A stretch of 64,000 nucleotides of DNA. Source: an uncultured Clostridia bacterium. GTDB taxonomy: Bacteria; Bacillota; Clostridia; TANB77; CAG-508. This document shows positions 49,587 through 58,574 of the stretch, in pieces; position 1 is the first letter of the stretch, and each line of letters opens with the position of its first letter. Under the pieces are notes generated by a model. The model was not told the origin of the DNA, did no database searches, and saw only the letters and a list, made by a program, of their open reading frames with translations. The translations under genes and the position numbers were made by a program. The DNA lies in the NCBI GenBank assembly GCA_963556825.1, contig CAUWAM010000001.1, positions 685 through 64,684 on the forward strand, read 5' to 3'.

Positions 49587-50023
49587 AAAAGTAAATTTTT
49601 GAACATATAGTTTTCTATATTCAGAATATGGTGTTTTTTCTTATAATCTTTTATTGTAAGAAAGTGTAGTTATTTATCTTTGAAAGTTCTTCTAGTATTG
49701 CATAACAAATGCTAGATAAATCATTACTTTTATGAGTATTTACCATTGAAATTATTGTTGTTTTATTTTTTAATTTTTCCAATAGTTCATATTCAGATAC
49801 GTCAAGTAATTCATCATATTTATTTGAGTAACTGCCTGAAATAACAGTATCATTCTTTTATAAGATATACAGCATATCTTTCAGAATGTGTATAAGGTCT
49901 TAATTCTTCAATATCATCTATATTATATATGTAATTTACGGCATCTATCATATAAATGCAGGTTATTCTGAAAAATGATGCAATTCCAAAAGTTGCACAA
50001 GATATTGTTTTACTTAAAATTGG

Positions 50024-50050
50024 GAATAAAAAATCTAAAAATTTCTTAAA
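50024..50050 (+). repeat. 27-bp direct repeat, right copy (island boundary)
   Basis: Identical to 43201-43227. An extended ~35-bp match has 2 mismatches. Confidence 0.6.
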
Positions 50051-50129
50051 AACCTTGTAAAATAAACCCAATTGTGTTAATATAATAAATATATAAAATA
50101 AATCCAATTAAAAAGCAAAGTATATATAT

Positions 50130-50346
50130 TAAATAAAAACAGAGAAAATATCCTAGGCTGAAAGATATTTAAACAATATGTAGAAATTTCACTTTTTAGG
50201 ACTTCTTTTGAACAACAAAAGTAGAAAGAAGCGGTTGAACCGTTAAAACTATAATAAGGTTAGTTAGAAATAATAAACTAATAAATTTAGGTGGTACCAC
50301 GGAAATCCATTTCGTCCTATACAAATAGGATGATGTGGATTTTTTT
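50130..50346 (+). promoter_or_regulatory. T-box riboswitch leader (Phe specifier) for pheS-pheT
   Basis: Stem I AGAGA and distal-loop GCUGA motifs, a candidate specifier UUC-A (aaatTTCac), the T-box sequence AATTTAGGTGGTACCACGG (~50284-50302), then a terminator hairpin plus T7 ending at ~50346. Confidence 0.6.
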
Positions 50347-50480
50347 GAGACAGTTGGGACAGTCCAATTTTGTCTCATAAATTAAATCAAATATTGTCGA
50401 AAAATAAAAATAATAACAAAGTGACAAAAAATAACAAAAATAATGAGACAAAATTGGACTGTCCCAACTGTCTCAAAAGG
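50347..50480 (+). repeat. palindromic intergenic element, copy 1
   Basis: Perfect 31-bp terminal inverted repeats GAGACAGTTGGGACAGTCCAATTTTGTCTCA / TGAGACAAAATTGGACTGTCCCAACTGTCTC flank a ~68-nt A-rich loop with an inner IR TTGTCg..tGACAA. Confidence 0.7.
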
Positions 50481-50489
50481 AGAGAAAAA

Positions 50490-51539
50490 ATGAAAGAACA
50501 AATTTCAAAAATTAAAGAAACTTCAGTAGAAGAAATCAAAAAATCTGAAGATTTAAAAACTTTAAATGACATAAGAGTAAAATACTTAGGAAAAAAAGGT
50601 GAACTTACAGCAGTATTAAGAGGAATGGGAGGATTATCTCCAGAAGAAAGACCAATAATAGGGAGCTTAGTAAATGAAGTAAGAGATGAATTAGAAAAAT
50701 TAATTCAAGTAAAGGAAGAAAAATTTAAAGCAGAAGAATTAAATAAGAAATTAGAAAATGAAAAAATAGATATTACACTTCCAAGTACAAAAATAAAAAG
50801 AGGAAGTTTGCATCCAGTGAATAGAATAATTGAAGATATAGAAGATTTATTTGTATCAATGGGGTATGATGTAGTAACAGGACCAGAATTAGAAAATGAT
50901 GAGTATTGTTTTGAAAGATTAAATCTTCCAAAAGGGCATCCAGCAAGAGATATGCAAGATAGTTTCTATATAACTGATGAATATTTATTAAGAACACAAA
51001 CATCAGCAGTTCAAGCAAGAACAATGATGGCAAACACTGATAAAACACCAATCAGAATGATTACAGCAGGAAAAACATATAGAAGAGAAGATGACGCAAC
51101 ACACTCTCATCAATTTAATCAAATAGAAGGTTTAGTTATAGATAAAAAAGAAAGAAATGTTTCTTTGGCAGACTTAAAAGGAACACTAGAAGTATTTGTT
51201 AGAAAAATAATAGGAGCGAATCTAGATTTAAGATTTAGACCAAGTTATTTTCCATTTACAGAACCATCTTATGAAGTAGATGTTACATGTTTTAAATGTG
51301 GAGGAAAAGGATGTAATCTATGTAAGCAAACGGGATGGATAGAAGTTTTAGGAGCAGGTATAGTTCATCCAAATGTTTTAAAAATGAATGGATATGACCC
51401 AGAAAAATTTGGTGGATTTGCATTTGGAACAGGTATTGATAGACTTGCAATGTTTAGATACGGAATCACAGATATGAGATATTTATATACAAATGATGTC
51501 AGATTTTTAAATCAATTTGACAGAAAAGATGAAGAATGA
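50490..51539 (+). CDS. pheS: phenylalanine--tRNA ligase alpha subunit
   Basis: Class II core (..[12 protein letters not shown].., ..[13 protein letters not shown]..). RBS aaaaggagag. The track N-terminus is a translation of the repeat. Confidence 0.9.
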   Translation: MKEQISKIKETSVEEIKKSEDLKTLNDIRVKYLGKKGELTAVLRGMGGLSPEERPIIGSLVNEVRDELEKLIQVKEEKFKAEELNKKLENEKIDITLPSTKIKRGSLHPVNRIIEDIEDLFVSMGYDVVTGPELENDEYCFERLNLPKGHPARDMQDSFYITDEYLLRTQTSAVQARTMMANTDKTPIRMITAGKTYRREDDATHSHQFNQIEGLVIDKKERNVSLADLKGTLEVFVRKIIGANLDLRFRPSYFPFTEPSYEVDVTCFKCGGKGCNLCKQTGWIEVLGAGIVHPNVLKMNGYDPEKFGGFAFGTGIDRLAMFRYGITDMRYLYTNDVRFLNQFDRKDEE

Positions 51540-51671
51540 GACAGTTGGGACAGTCCAATTTTGTCTCATGATATACAGAAAATATTGTCGAAAAATAGTG
51601 TTAAATAATAAAAACGACAAAAAACAACAAAAACAATGAGACAAAATTGGACTGTCCCAATTGTCTCAAAG
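51537..51671 (+). repeat. palindromic intergenic element, copy 2
   Basis: Same 31-bp terminal IRs (1 mismatch in the right arm) with a related loop (inner IR TTGTCG..CGACAA). The element begins with the pheS TGA stop. Confidence 0.7.
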
Positions 51672-51683
51672 GAGGAAAGTAAA

Positions 51684-54056
51684 ATGAAATTAAGTTTGAA
51701 TTTTGTAAAAGATTATATAGATTTAGATGAAAATCTAACAGTAGAAGAAATAGCTGAAGCTATGACAAAGGCTGGAAATGAATATGATTCAGCAGAAAAA
51801 TTAGTAAATGCAACAAAATTAGTAATAGGTGAAATAAAAGAATGTGAAATGCATCCAGACTCTGACCATTTACATTTATGCAAAGTAGATATAGGAAGTG
51901 AAGTTTTAGATATAGTATGTGGTGCCCCTAATGCTAGAAAAGGTATAAAAGTAATAGTTGCACAAGTTGGAGCAGAACTTCCAGGAGATTTTAAAATAAA
52001 AAAAGGAATGATAAGAGGTCAAGAATCAAATGGTATGTTATGTGCTTTATATGAAATAGGAATTGATAAAAAATTTTTATCAGAAGAAGATAAAAATGGA
52101 ATACATGAATTGCCATCAGATGCACCAGTTGGAGAAGATCCAATAAAATATATGAAATTGGATGACAGCGTTATAGATTTTGATTTGACAGCTAACAGAG
52201 GAGATTTACTAAGTGTATTAGGTATGGCTTATGAATTGGGAGCAATATATGATAAAAAAGTAAAACCAGTTGAATATGGCTACAAAGAAAACGGAGAAGA
52301 TATAAATAAAGAATTTACTGTAAATGTAGATACAGAAAATTGTACATTATTTTTAGCTAAAAAAGCCAAAAATGTAATAATAAAAGAAAGTCCTGAATTT
52401 ATAAAAAATAGATTGATAGCTTGTGGAATTAGACCAATAAACAATGTTGTAGACATTAGTAATTATGTAATGATAGAATTAGGTCAACCATTACATTTCT
52501 ATGATGCTGATAATTTAGGAAAAGAAATACTTGTAAGAATGGCAGAAGAAGGTGAAAAACTAACAACATTAGATAATATAGAAAGAACTTTATCAAAAGA
52601 TGATATAGTAATTACAAATGGAACAAAAGCAATAGGATTAGCTGGTGTTATGGGTGGATTAGATACAGAAGTAGAAGAAACAACAAAAAATGTAATAATA
52701 GAATCAGCAATATTTGACTCTGTAAAAGTAAGAAAAACATCAAACAAAATATTAAGAAGTGAAGCAAGCAACAGATTTGAAAAAGGATTAGACCCAGCAA
52801 GAACATATATGGCTATGGAAAGAGCTTGTACATTACTTCAAAAATATGCAGATGCAGAAATTGAAACAGGAATTGTAAAATATGACATAACAGAAAATGA
52901 AGAAAAAGTAATTGAAATTTCATATAAAGAAATAAACGATGTATTAGGAACAAACATATCAAAAGAAAATATAGTAGACGTATTTAGAAAATTAGACTTT
53001 AAAACAGAAGCAAAAGAATATACAGTAATAGTTACAGTACCAACAAGAAGAATAGATATATCAATAAGAGCAGATTTAATTGAAGAAGTTGGAAGAATCT
53101 ACGGAGTTGACAATATAGAAGGAAAATTACCAGTGGTTCCAATGAAAATGGGACACTTAGACAAAACAACAAGAAAAATAAGAGCAAAAATGTCAAATAT
53201 GGGACTAAACGAAACATTATCATATATATTAATAAATGATAAAGATGTTCACAAATTCTCAACAGATGAATTTGAAGAAGTTAGAGTATTAGATCCAATA
53301 ACAGAAGAAAGAAACACATTAAGATATAGTATTATACCATCATTATACAAAATTTACGAATACAACAAAGCTCGCGAAAACAAAGATGTTTGTTTGTTCG
53401 AAATTGGAAAAGGTTTCTGGAAAAAAGACGAAAAATATGGGGAAAACCAAAAAATATGTGTATTAATGACAGGAAAATATTATGAAGGAATAGGACTTAG
53501 CAAAAATGTAGACTTTTATGATATTAAAGGAGTTACAGAAGAATTACTTGACTATTTAGGATATGCAGGAAGATATAGTTTTGTATTACCAAAACAAATG
53601 CCAGCAGAATTCCACCCAGGTCAAACAGCAGAAATATCTGTAAATAACGACATAGTAGGAATTATAGGAAGAATTCACCCATCAGTAGAAAAAGAAGCTG
53701 TTTATGTAATGGAAATTAATTTAGATAAATTACTAGCAAAAAGAGTAGGAAAAATGAAATTTAAAGAAATATCAAAATTTCCAGTTGTAAAAAAAGATTT
53801 AGCTTTATTAGTTAACAAAGATATCACTTCAAAAGAAATTGAACTGTTAATCAAGAAAAAAGCTGGAAAATTATTGCTAGATATAAATGTTTTTGATGTC
53901 TACGAAGGTAAAAATATAGATGTAAACAAGAGAAGTATTGCATATTCATTAACATTTGGAACACCAGACAGAACTTTAAATGATGATGAAATAAATAAAA
54001 TTTTAGATGCAATTATAAAAGACTTAGAAAATAAAGGATTTGAAATAAGAAAATAG
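51684..54056 (+). CDS. pheT: phenylalanine--tRNA ligase beta subunit
   Basis: MKLSLNFVKDYIDL.., with tRNA-binding, B3/B4, B5 and FDX-ACB domains; 791 aa. RBS aaaggagg. The track N-terminal extension is a translation of the repeat. Confidence 0.9.
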   Translation: MKLSLNFVKDYIDLDENLTVEEIAEAMTKAGNEYDSAEKLVNATKLVIGEIKECEMHPDSDHLHLCKVDIGSEVLDIVCGAPNARKGIKVIVAQVGAELPGDFKIKKGMIRGQESNGMLCALYEIGIDKKFLSEEDKNGIHELPSDAPVGEDPIKYMKLDDSVIDFDLTANRGDLLSVLGMAYELGAIYDKKVKPVEYGYKENGEDINKEFTVNVDTENCTLFLAKKAKNVIIKESPEFIKNRLIACGIRPINNVVDISNYVMIELGQPLHFYDADNLGKEILVRMAEEGEKLTTLDNIERTLSKDDIVITNGTKAIGLAGVMGGLDTEVEETTKNVIIESAIFDSVKVRKTSNKILRSEASNRFEKGLDPARTYMAMERACTLLQKYADAEIETGIVKYDITENEEKVIEISYKEINDVLGTNISKENIVDVFRKLDFKTEAKEYTVIVTVPTRRIDISIRADLIEEVGRIYGVDNIEGKLPVVPMKMGHLDKTTRKIRAKMSNMGLNETLSYILINDKDVHKFSTDEFEEVRVLDPITEERNTLRYSIIPSLYKIYEYNKARENKDVCLFEIGKGFWKKDEKYGENQKICVLMTGKYYEGIGLSKNVDFYDIKGVTEELLDYLGYAGRYSFVLPKQMPAEFHPGQTAEISVNNDIVGIIGRIHPSVEKEAVYVMEINLDKLLAKRVGKMKFKEISKFPVVKKDLALLVNKDITSKEIELLIKKKAGKLLLDINVFDVYEGKNIDVNKRSIAYSLTFGTPDRTLNDDEINKILDAIIKDLENKGFEIRK

Positions 54057-54079
54057 AATATTATAAAATATGAAATTTC

Positions 54080-54108
54080 TTGACAAATAAAAGTCATATT
54101 GATATTAT
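54080..54108 (+). promoter_or_regulatory. sigma-A promoter upstream of yqeG
   Basis: TTGACA, 17 nt spacer, TATTAT. Confidence 0.45.
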
Positions 54109-54142
54109 ATAAATGTAAAAACAAAAGAAAGAGTGTGAAAAA

Positions 54143-54667
54143 ATGGAAAAAATATATCCAAACTTGTATTACACAAAAGTAGAAGATATAACAATACAAG
54201 AACTAATAAAAAATAAAATTAAATTGCTAATATTAGACGTAGACAACACACTAATAGATTATTACCAAAATCTTTCAGAAAGCATAATACAATGGTCAAA
54301 AGAAATGAAAGGGCAAGGAATAAAATTATATATATTATCAAATACAAACGATGAAGAAAAAGTAAAAAAGGTAGCACAAAAATTAGAAATACCATATAAA
54401 CACTTTGCAATGAAACCACTAAAAAGAGGATTCAAATATATTGAGCAAAAAACAAAAATAAGTGCGAAAAACATAGCAGTAGTAGGAGATCAAATTTTTA
54501 CAGATGTTATAGGTGGAAATAGAAGTGGAATGTTTACAATATTAGTAGAACCAATAGATAATAAAAAAGATTATTGGTATACTGCATGGAAAAGACCAAT
54601 AGAAAATAAGATAAAAAACAAAATAAAAGAAGAAACAAAAGAAGGGGAAAATAAAGATGTATATTAA
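54143..54667 (+). CDS. yqeG: YqeG-family HAD-IIIA phosphatase
   Basis: HAD motif I LILDVDNTL and motif III VVGDQIFTDV; 174 aa. Confidence 0.75.
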   Translation: MEKIYPNLYYTKVEDITIQELIKNKIKLLILDVDNTLIDYYQNLSESIIQWSKEMKGQGIKLYILSNTNDEEKVKKVAQKLEIPYKHFAMKPLKRGFKYIEQKTKISAKNIAVVGDQIFTDVIGGNRSGMFTILVEPIDNKKDYWYTAWKRPIENKIKNKIKEETKEGENKDVY

Positions 54668-55406
54668 TGATACACATATAATATATTATGCAGTAGTTGC
54701 CATATTAGGACTTTTTGTAGGAATGTTTGTAGACTGGATGAATAAAAGATTGCCAGAACACAAAAAAGTATTTACAAAAGAAATAAAAGAATACTTTATA
54801 AATTTTAAACCAAATTATGTGTTAATGTTAGTAACATCATCAATATATGTAGGATTACTATATGTATATGGAATAAAAGAAACGTTTATAGCAAATTTAG
54901 ACTTAATAAAATTTATGATATTAACACCAACATTGCTATCTGCATTTGTAATAGATTATAAATTGCAAATAATACCAAATAGACTAAATCTAACAATGTT
55001 TGAAATAGGATTAGTTATAGCATTTTTATATGGTTTATCAGATGTAGCAATAACAATAAACATGGTACTAGGAATGTTAACTGGAGCAGGAATATTCCTA
55101 GCAATAACCCTAATAGGAGGCCTAGTATATGGAAAAGAAGCAATGGGCTTTGGAGATGTCAAATTAATGGGAGCATTAGGGATTTACTTTGGGCTATCAA
55201 ACATAATAGTAATAACACTATTATCATTTTTAATAGGAGCAATACTTAGCATAGTACTACTAGCAACAAAAATAAAAAAAATGGACGAATACATACCATT
55301 TGGACCATTTATTGTATTAGGAACATTTATAAATATATTTGTGCCATTTCAAATAATAAAAACAACACTAATGCAAATATTTACATTAGGACTATATAAA
55401 GGTTAA
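54657..55406 (+). CDS. A24-family prepilin peptidase-like membrane protease (no N-terminal Zn-finger)
   Basis: About 7 TM segments and a GFGDVKLMGALG catalytic Asp motif; 249 aa. It overlaps the yqeG end. Confidence 0.6.
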   Translation: MYINDTHIIYYAVVAILGLFVGMFVDWMNKRLPEHKKVFTKEIKEYFINFKPNYVLMLVTSSIYVGLLYVYGIKETFIANLDLIKFMILTPTLLSAFVIDYKLQIIPNRLNLTMFEIGLVIAFLYGLSDVAITINMVLGMLTGAGIFLAITLIGGLVYGKEAMGFGDVKLMGALGIYFGLSNIIVITLLSFLIGAILSIVLLATKIKKMDEYIPFGPFIVLGTFINIFVPFQIIKTTLMQIFTLGLYKG

Positions 55407-55453
55407 AACATAATAAAAACTAAAACTTGGGCAAAAGATAGGGGGAAGTTTCT

Positions 55454-56512
55454 ATGAATCCAAAATTACAATGGTTAAGAAACAAAATGTCTAGTTTAGA
55501 TATGCAAGGAATAATAATATCAAATCCAGTAAATATAAAATACCTAACCAATATAGACGCAGAGGGAACATTAATAATAAATCCAAAAGAGAATATATTT
55601 ATAACAGATGGAAGATATATAGAACACGTGCACAGTATATTAACATTATATGATGAAATAATAGTATATAACATAAATGATGTATCAAAAGATGACTATG
55701 AAAACTTTTTTATGTTTTGTGAAAATGTAGGATTTGAAGAATATTATATATCATACGCAAAATACAAAGAGTATATAAGAAAATTTAAAATAAATAATTT
55801 TGTCGAAACAGAATACATAATAGAAAAACAAAGAATGATAAAAGATGATGATGAATTAAGCAATATAATAAAAGCCTGTAATGTAACAGATGATTGTTTT
55901 AAACATATAATAAATTATATAAAACCAGGGATGACAGAAAAACAAATATCAAAAGAAATAGAAAATTATTATACAAAAAATGCAGAAGGACTATCATTTG
56001 ACACAATAGTAGCATCAGGAGAAAATTCATCAAAACCACATGCAGTACCAACAGATAGAAAAATTCAAGAAAATGACATAATAACAATAGACATGGGATG
56101 CAGAGTAAATGGTTATTGTTCAGATATGACAAGAACAATTTTTGTTGGAGAACCGACAGAAGAAATGAAAAAAGTATATAATTTAGTATTAAACAATCAA
56201 AAATTTGCACTAGAACAATACAAAGATGGAGCAAATGCAAGACAAATAACAAAAATGGTAGAAAGTAATTTTAAATTAAATGGTTATGATTTAATTCATA
56301 GTTTAGGACATGGAGTAGGGCTAGAAATACACGAATTACCATTTATGAGTTACAGATATGATACAACACTAAGAGAAAATATGGTAGTAACAGATGAACC
56401 AGGAATTTACATTCCAGGAAAATTCGGAATAAGAATAGAAGATACAATACAAATTACAAAATTTGGTTGTATAAGTTTAACAAATTCTGAGAAAAATTAT
56501 ATTATAATTTAA
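55454..56512 (+). CDS. Xaa-Pro aminopeptidase / M24B family peptidase
   Basis: M24 metal ligands (..GYCSDMTRT.., HSLGHGVGLEIHE, ..IEDTI..); 352 aa. Confidence 0.8.
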   Translation: MNPKLQWLRNKMSSLDMQGIIISNPVNIKYLTNIDAEGTLIINPKENIFITDGRYIEHVHSILTLYDEIIVYNINDVSKDDYENFFMFCENVGFEEYYISYAKYKEYIRKFKINNFVETEYIIEKQRMIKDDDELSNIIKACNVTDDCFKHIINYIKPGMTEKQISKEIENYYTKNAEGLSFDTIVASGENSSKPHAVPTDRKIQENDIITIDMGCRVNGYCSDMTRTIFVGEPTEEMKKVYNLVLNNQKFALEQYKDGANARQITKMVESNFKLNGYDLIHSLGHGVGLEIHELPFMSYRYDTTLRENMVVTDEPGIYIPGKFGIRIEDTIQITKFGCISLTNSEKNYIII

Positions 56513-56679
56513 TATGAAATAAATTAAGGGGTTGATTTTTCCGTAGAATTGTAGTAAAATATAAAAAGTAAAAAAATAAAATTTATGAAGAGCAAAGCAA
56601 TAAGATCTGGCAGACAAAAAATTGAAAAATTTTTTGGATGACGATGAACGAAGCGAAGCAGAATGAAAGGAGAAATAAT

Positions 56680-57246
56680 ATGGCAGGAGTATTCTCAGCA
56701 GGAGATTTTAGAAATGGAACAACTTTTGAAATGGAGGGAAACGTTTTTAGAGTTGTAGAATTCCAACACGTAAAACCAGGAAAAGGATCAGCATTCGTAA
56801 GAACAAAATTAAAAAATGTTATAACAGGTGCAACATTAGAAAAAACATTTAATCCATCAGATAAATACCCAGCAGCAGAAATAGATAAAAAAGCAATGCA
56901 ATATTTATATGCAGACGGAGATTTATATTATTTTATGGACAATGAAACATATGACCAAATGCCTCTAAATAAAGATACATTAGGTGATTGTTTAAAATAT
57001 TTAAAAGAAAATATGGAAGTTACAATACTTTCTTACAAAGGAAATGTATTTGCAGTAGAACCACCAACATTTGTTGAATTAGAAGTTACATATACAGAAC
57101 CAGGATTTGCTGGAAACACAACAACAACATCAGGAAAACCAGCAACATTAGAAACAGGATTAGAATTACAAGTTCCAATGTTTGTTAATATAGGTGATGT
57201 ATTAAAAATTGATACAAGAACATGTGAATACATGGAAAGAGTTTAA
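56680..57246 (+). CDS. efp: elongation factor P
   Basis: [46 protein letters not shown] is canonical EF-P; RBS aaaggag. The track's 14-codon N-terminal extension is a translation of a leader motif. Confidence 0.9.
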   Translation: MAGVFSAGDFRNGTTFEMEGNVFRVVEFQHVKPGKGSAFVRTKLKNVITGATLEKTFNPSDKYPAAEIDKKAMQYLYADGDLYYFMDNETYDQMPLNKDTLGDCLKYLKENMEVTILSYKGNVFAVEPPTFVELEVTYTEPGFAGNTTTTSGKPATLETGLELQVPMFVNIGDVLKIDTRTCEYMERV

Positions 57247-57274
57247 TTTAAAATCAGAAAGGTTATAAAATTAA

Positions 57275-57628
57275 ATGAGTGATTTAGAAAACAAAATAGA
57301 AAAACTTTTAAAAGAAGTTAAAGAATTAAAAGAAAGTCAAAAAGAAATGACAGAAAAAATGTCAAAAATGCAAAAAGTAATAGATCATATAGAAAGTGAT
57401 ATATATGCAGACGAAGGATTTGATTTTGAGATTGTTTGTCCATACTGTGAACATGAATTTGTTATAGATACAGATGAAAACAAAACAGAAATTGAATGTC
57501 CAGAATGTCAAAATATAATAGAACTAGACTGGTCTGGAAACTTAGAAGAAAATGATGGTTGTTCAGGACATTGTCATGGATGTTCTGGATGTGAAGATGA
57601 TTCTTCAGATGAAGACGATGATATGTAA
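57275..57628 (+). CDS. zinc-ribbon protein with an acidic Cys/His-rich tail (CD1247 N-terminal-domain-like)
   Basis: N-terminal coiled coil, then CPYCEH..CPECQN and GCSGHCHGCSGCEDDSSDEDDDM; 117 aa. Confidence 0.5.
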   Translation: MSDLENKIEKLLKEVKELKESQKEMTEKMSKMQKVIDHIESDIYADEGFDFEIVCPYCEHEFVIDTDENKTEIECPECQNIIELDWSGNLEENDGCSGHCHGCSGCEDDSSDEDDDM

Positions 57629-57644
57629 TTATCGATTTTTATAA

Positions 57645-57685
57645 AAAGTGATTGAGTAAAATATTAAAACTTAATCACTTTTTAA
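57645..57685. terminator. bidirectional terminator
   Basis: aagtgattgag-N13-cttaatcactt followed by T5. Confidence 0.45.
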
Positions 57686-57699
57686 TTTATCTTTACAAA

Positions 57700-58341
57700 T
57701 TAGAAAAAATTCAAAGGATTTTTATATTCTCCATTAATACGAAAACCCAAATGTAAGTGACATCCAGTAGTAGCACCATTTGTAGGCTTACCAGTAGAAT
57801 CAGAATATATATTTCCAGGTACTCCATAAACATATTTAGGGCCAACAAAACCAATAACTTGTCCCTCTTTAACAAAATCACCAACAGAAACAATAAAATT
57901 AGGATCGACATGACAGTAAGAAATTTTAAAAGAATCAAAGGAAAGAGTAATGGTATAACCACCAGCACCTAAAAAAGAACAGAAAGTAATTTCTCCATCA
58001 TTTAAAGCAATTAACTTAGTTCCTTCTGGAGCTGGAATATCAATACCATAATGAAAACTAGAAGCTCCACTTGTTGGAGAAGTTCTTTTGCCAAAAGAAG
58101 AACTAAGGCTGGTATAACCAGGAATGGGCCAAGTAAAACCATCAGGATTAATATTTAAAATTTCTTCGGGAATAGAATTAAAGGAACTTAAATTTTGGCT
58201 TTGAATAATTGGAATAAAAAATATAGAAATAAAAATTATAAATAAAATAATTGAAATTAAGAATTTTGAAAATAAATTTTGAATAAAAACCACACTCCTT
58301 AAAAAATTAACATTGAATAAAGAATATAATATATATAGCAT
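57700..58341 (-). CDS. membrane-anchored M23 family metallopeptidase
   Basis: N-terminal TM, then M23 motifs (HYGIDIPAPEGT.., ..GCHLHLGF); 213 aa. Confidence 0.7.
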   Translation of the reverse strand: MLYILYSLFNVNFLRSVVFIQNLFSKFLISIILFIIFISIFFIPIIQSQNLSSFNSIPEEILNINPDGFTWPIPGYTSLSSSFGKRTSPTSGASSFHYGIDIPAPEGTKLIALNDGEITFCSFLGAGGYTITLSFDSFKISYCHVDPNFIVSVGDFVKEGQVIGFVGPKYVYGVPGNIYSDSTGKPTNGATTGCHLHLGFRINGEYKNPLNFF

Positions 58342-58399
58342 GAATTTTAAATAATTTCAATAAAAAACAAAAATAAATAAAAAAAAATTAAATATAATC

Positions 58400-58428
58400 T
58401 TGCCAAAATAAATAAACTGTGATAATAT
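58400..58428 (+). promoter_or_regulatory. sigma-A promoter for tRNA-Trp
   Basis: TTGCCA, 17 nt spacer, tgaTAATAT (extended -10), about 35 nt before the tRNA. Confidence 0.45.
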
Positions 58429-58462
58429 AATAAATGTCATTAAAACAACTGTATATATAAAT

Positions 58463-58537
58463 AGGGGTATAGTGTCAATGGTAGCACATCGGTCTCCAAA
58501 ACCGCCTGTGAGGGTTCGAATCCTTCTACCCCTGCCA
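58463..58537 (+). tRNA. trnW: tRNA-Trp (anticodon CCA)
   Basis: 75-nt cloverleaf with a 7-bp acceptor AGGGGTA/TACCCCT, a D-arm GTGT/GCAC, an anticodon loop CUCCAAA (U33, CCA, A37), a T-arm GAGGG-TTCGAAT-CCTTC, discriminator G and an encoded CCA. Closely resembles B. subtilis tRNA-Trp. Confidence 0.85.
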
Positions 58538-58574
58538 TAACATTCTAGAAAGACAAATAAATTAATATAATTAC

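Noticed and set aside
49405-49602. 65-aa plus-strand ORF overlapping the histidine phosphatase end and the terminator.
   Set aside because: It has no RBS, starts inside the upstream gene, and spans the terminator hairpin. It is a Cys/Phe/Ser-rich product of reading A/T-rich non-coding DNA.
50196-50378. ORF '[13 protein letters not shown]..', together with the '[15 protein letters not shown]' N-terminal extension of pheT and the '[17 protein letters not shown]' extension of pheS.
   Set aside because: They are translations of the palindromic repeat element arms (atgagacaaaattggactgtccc). The real pheS and pheT starts are at 50490 and 51684, where the RBSs are.
50347-51671. Possibility that the two long palindromic repeats are a CRISPR array.
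   Set aside because: There are only two copies. Each unit is itself a long inverted repeat with a conserved loop rather than a short direct repeat with unique spacers, the 'spacers' are pheS and intergenic sequence, and no cas genes are present.
56638-56679. Track start of efp at 56638 ([15 protein letters not shown]..).
   Set aside because: The extension is a translation of the shared leader motif. The ATG at 56680 has a proper RBS and gives the canonical EF-P N-terminus [10 protein letters not shown].
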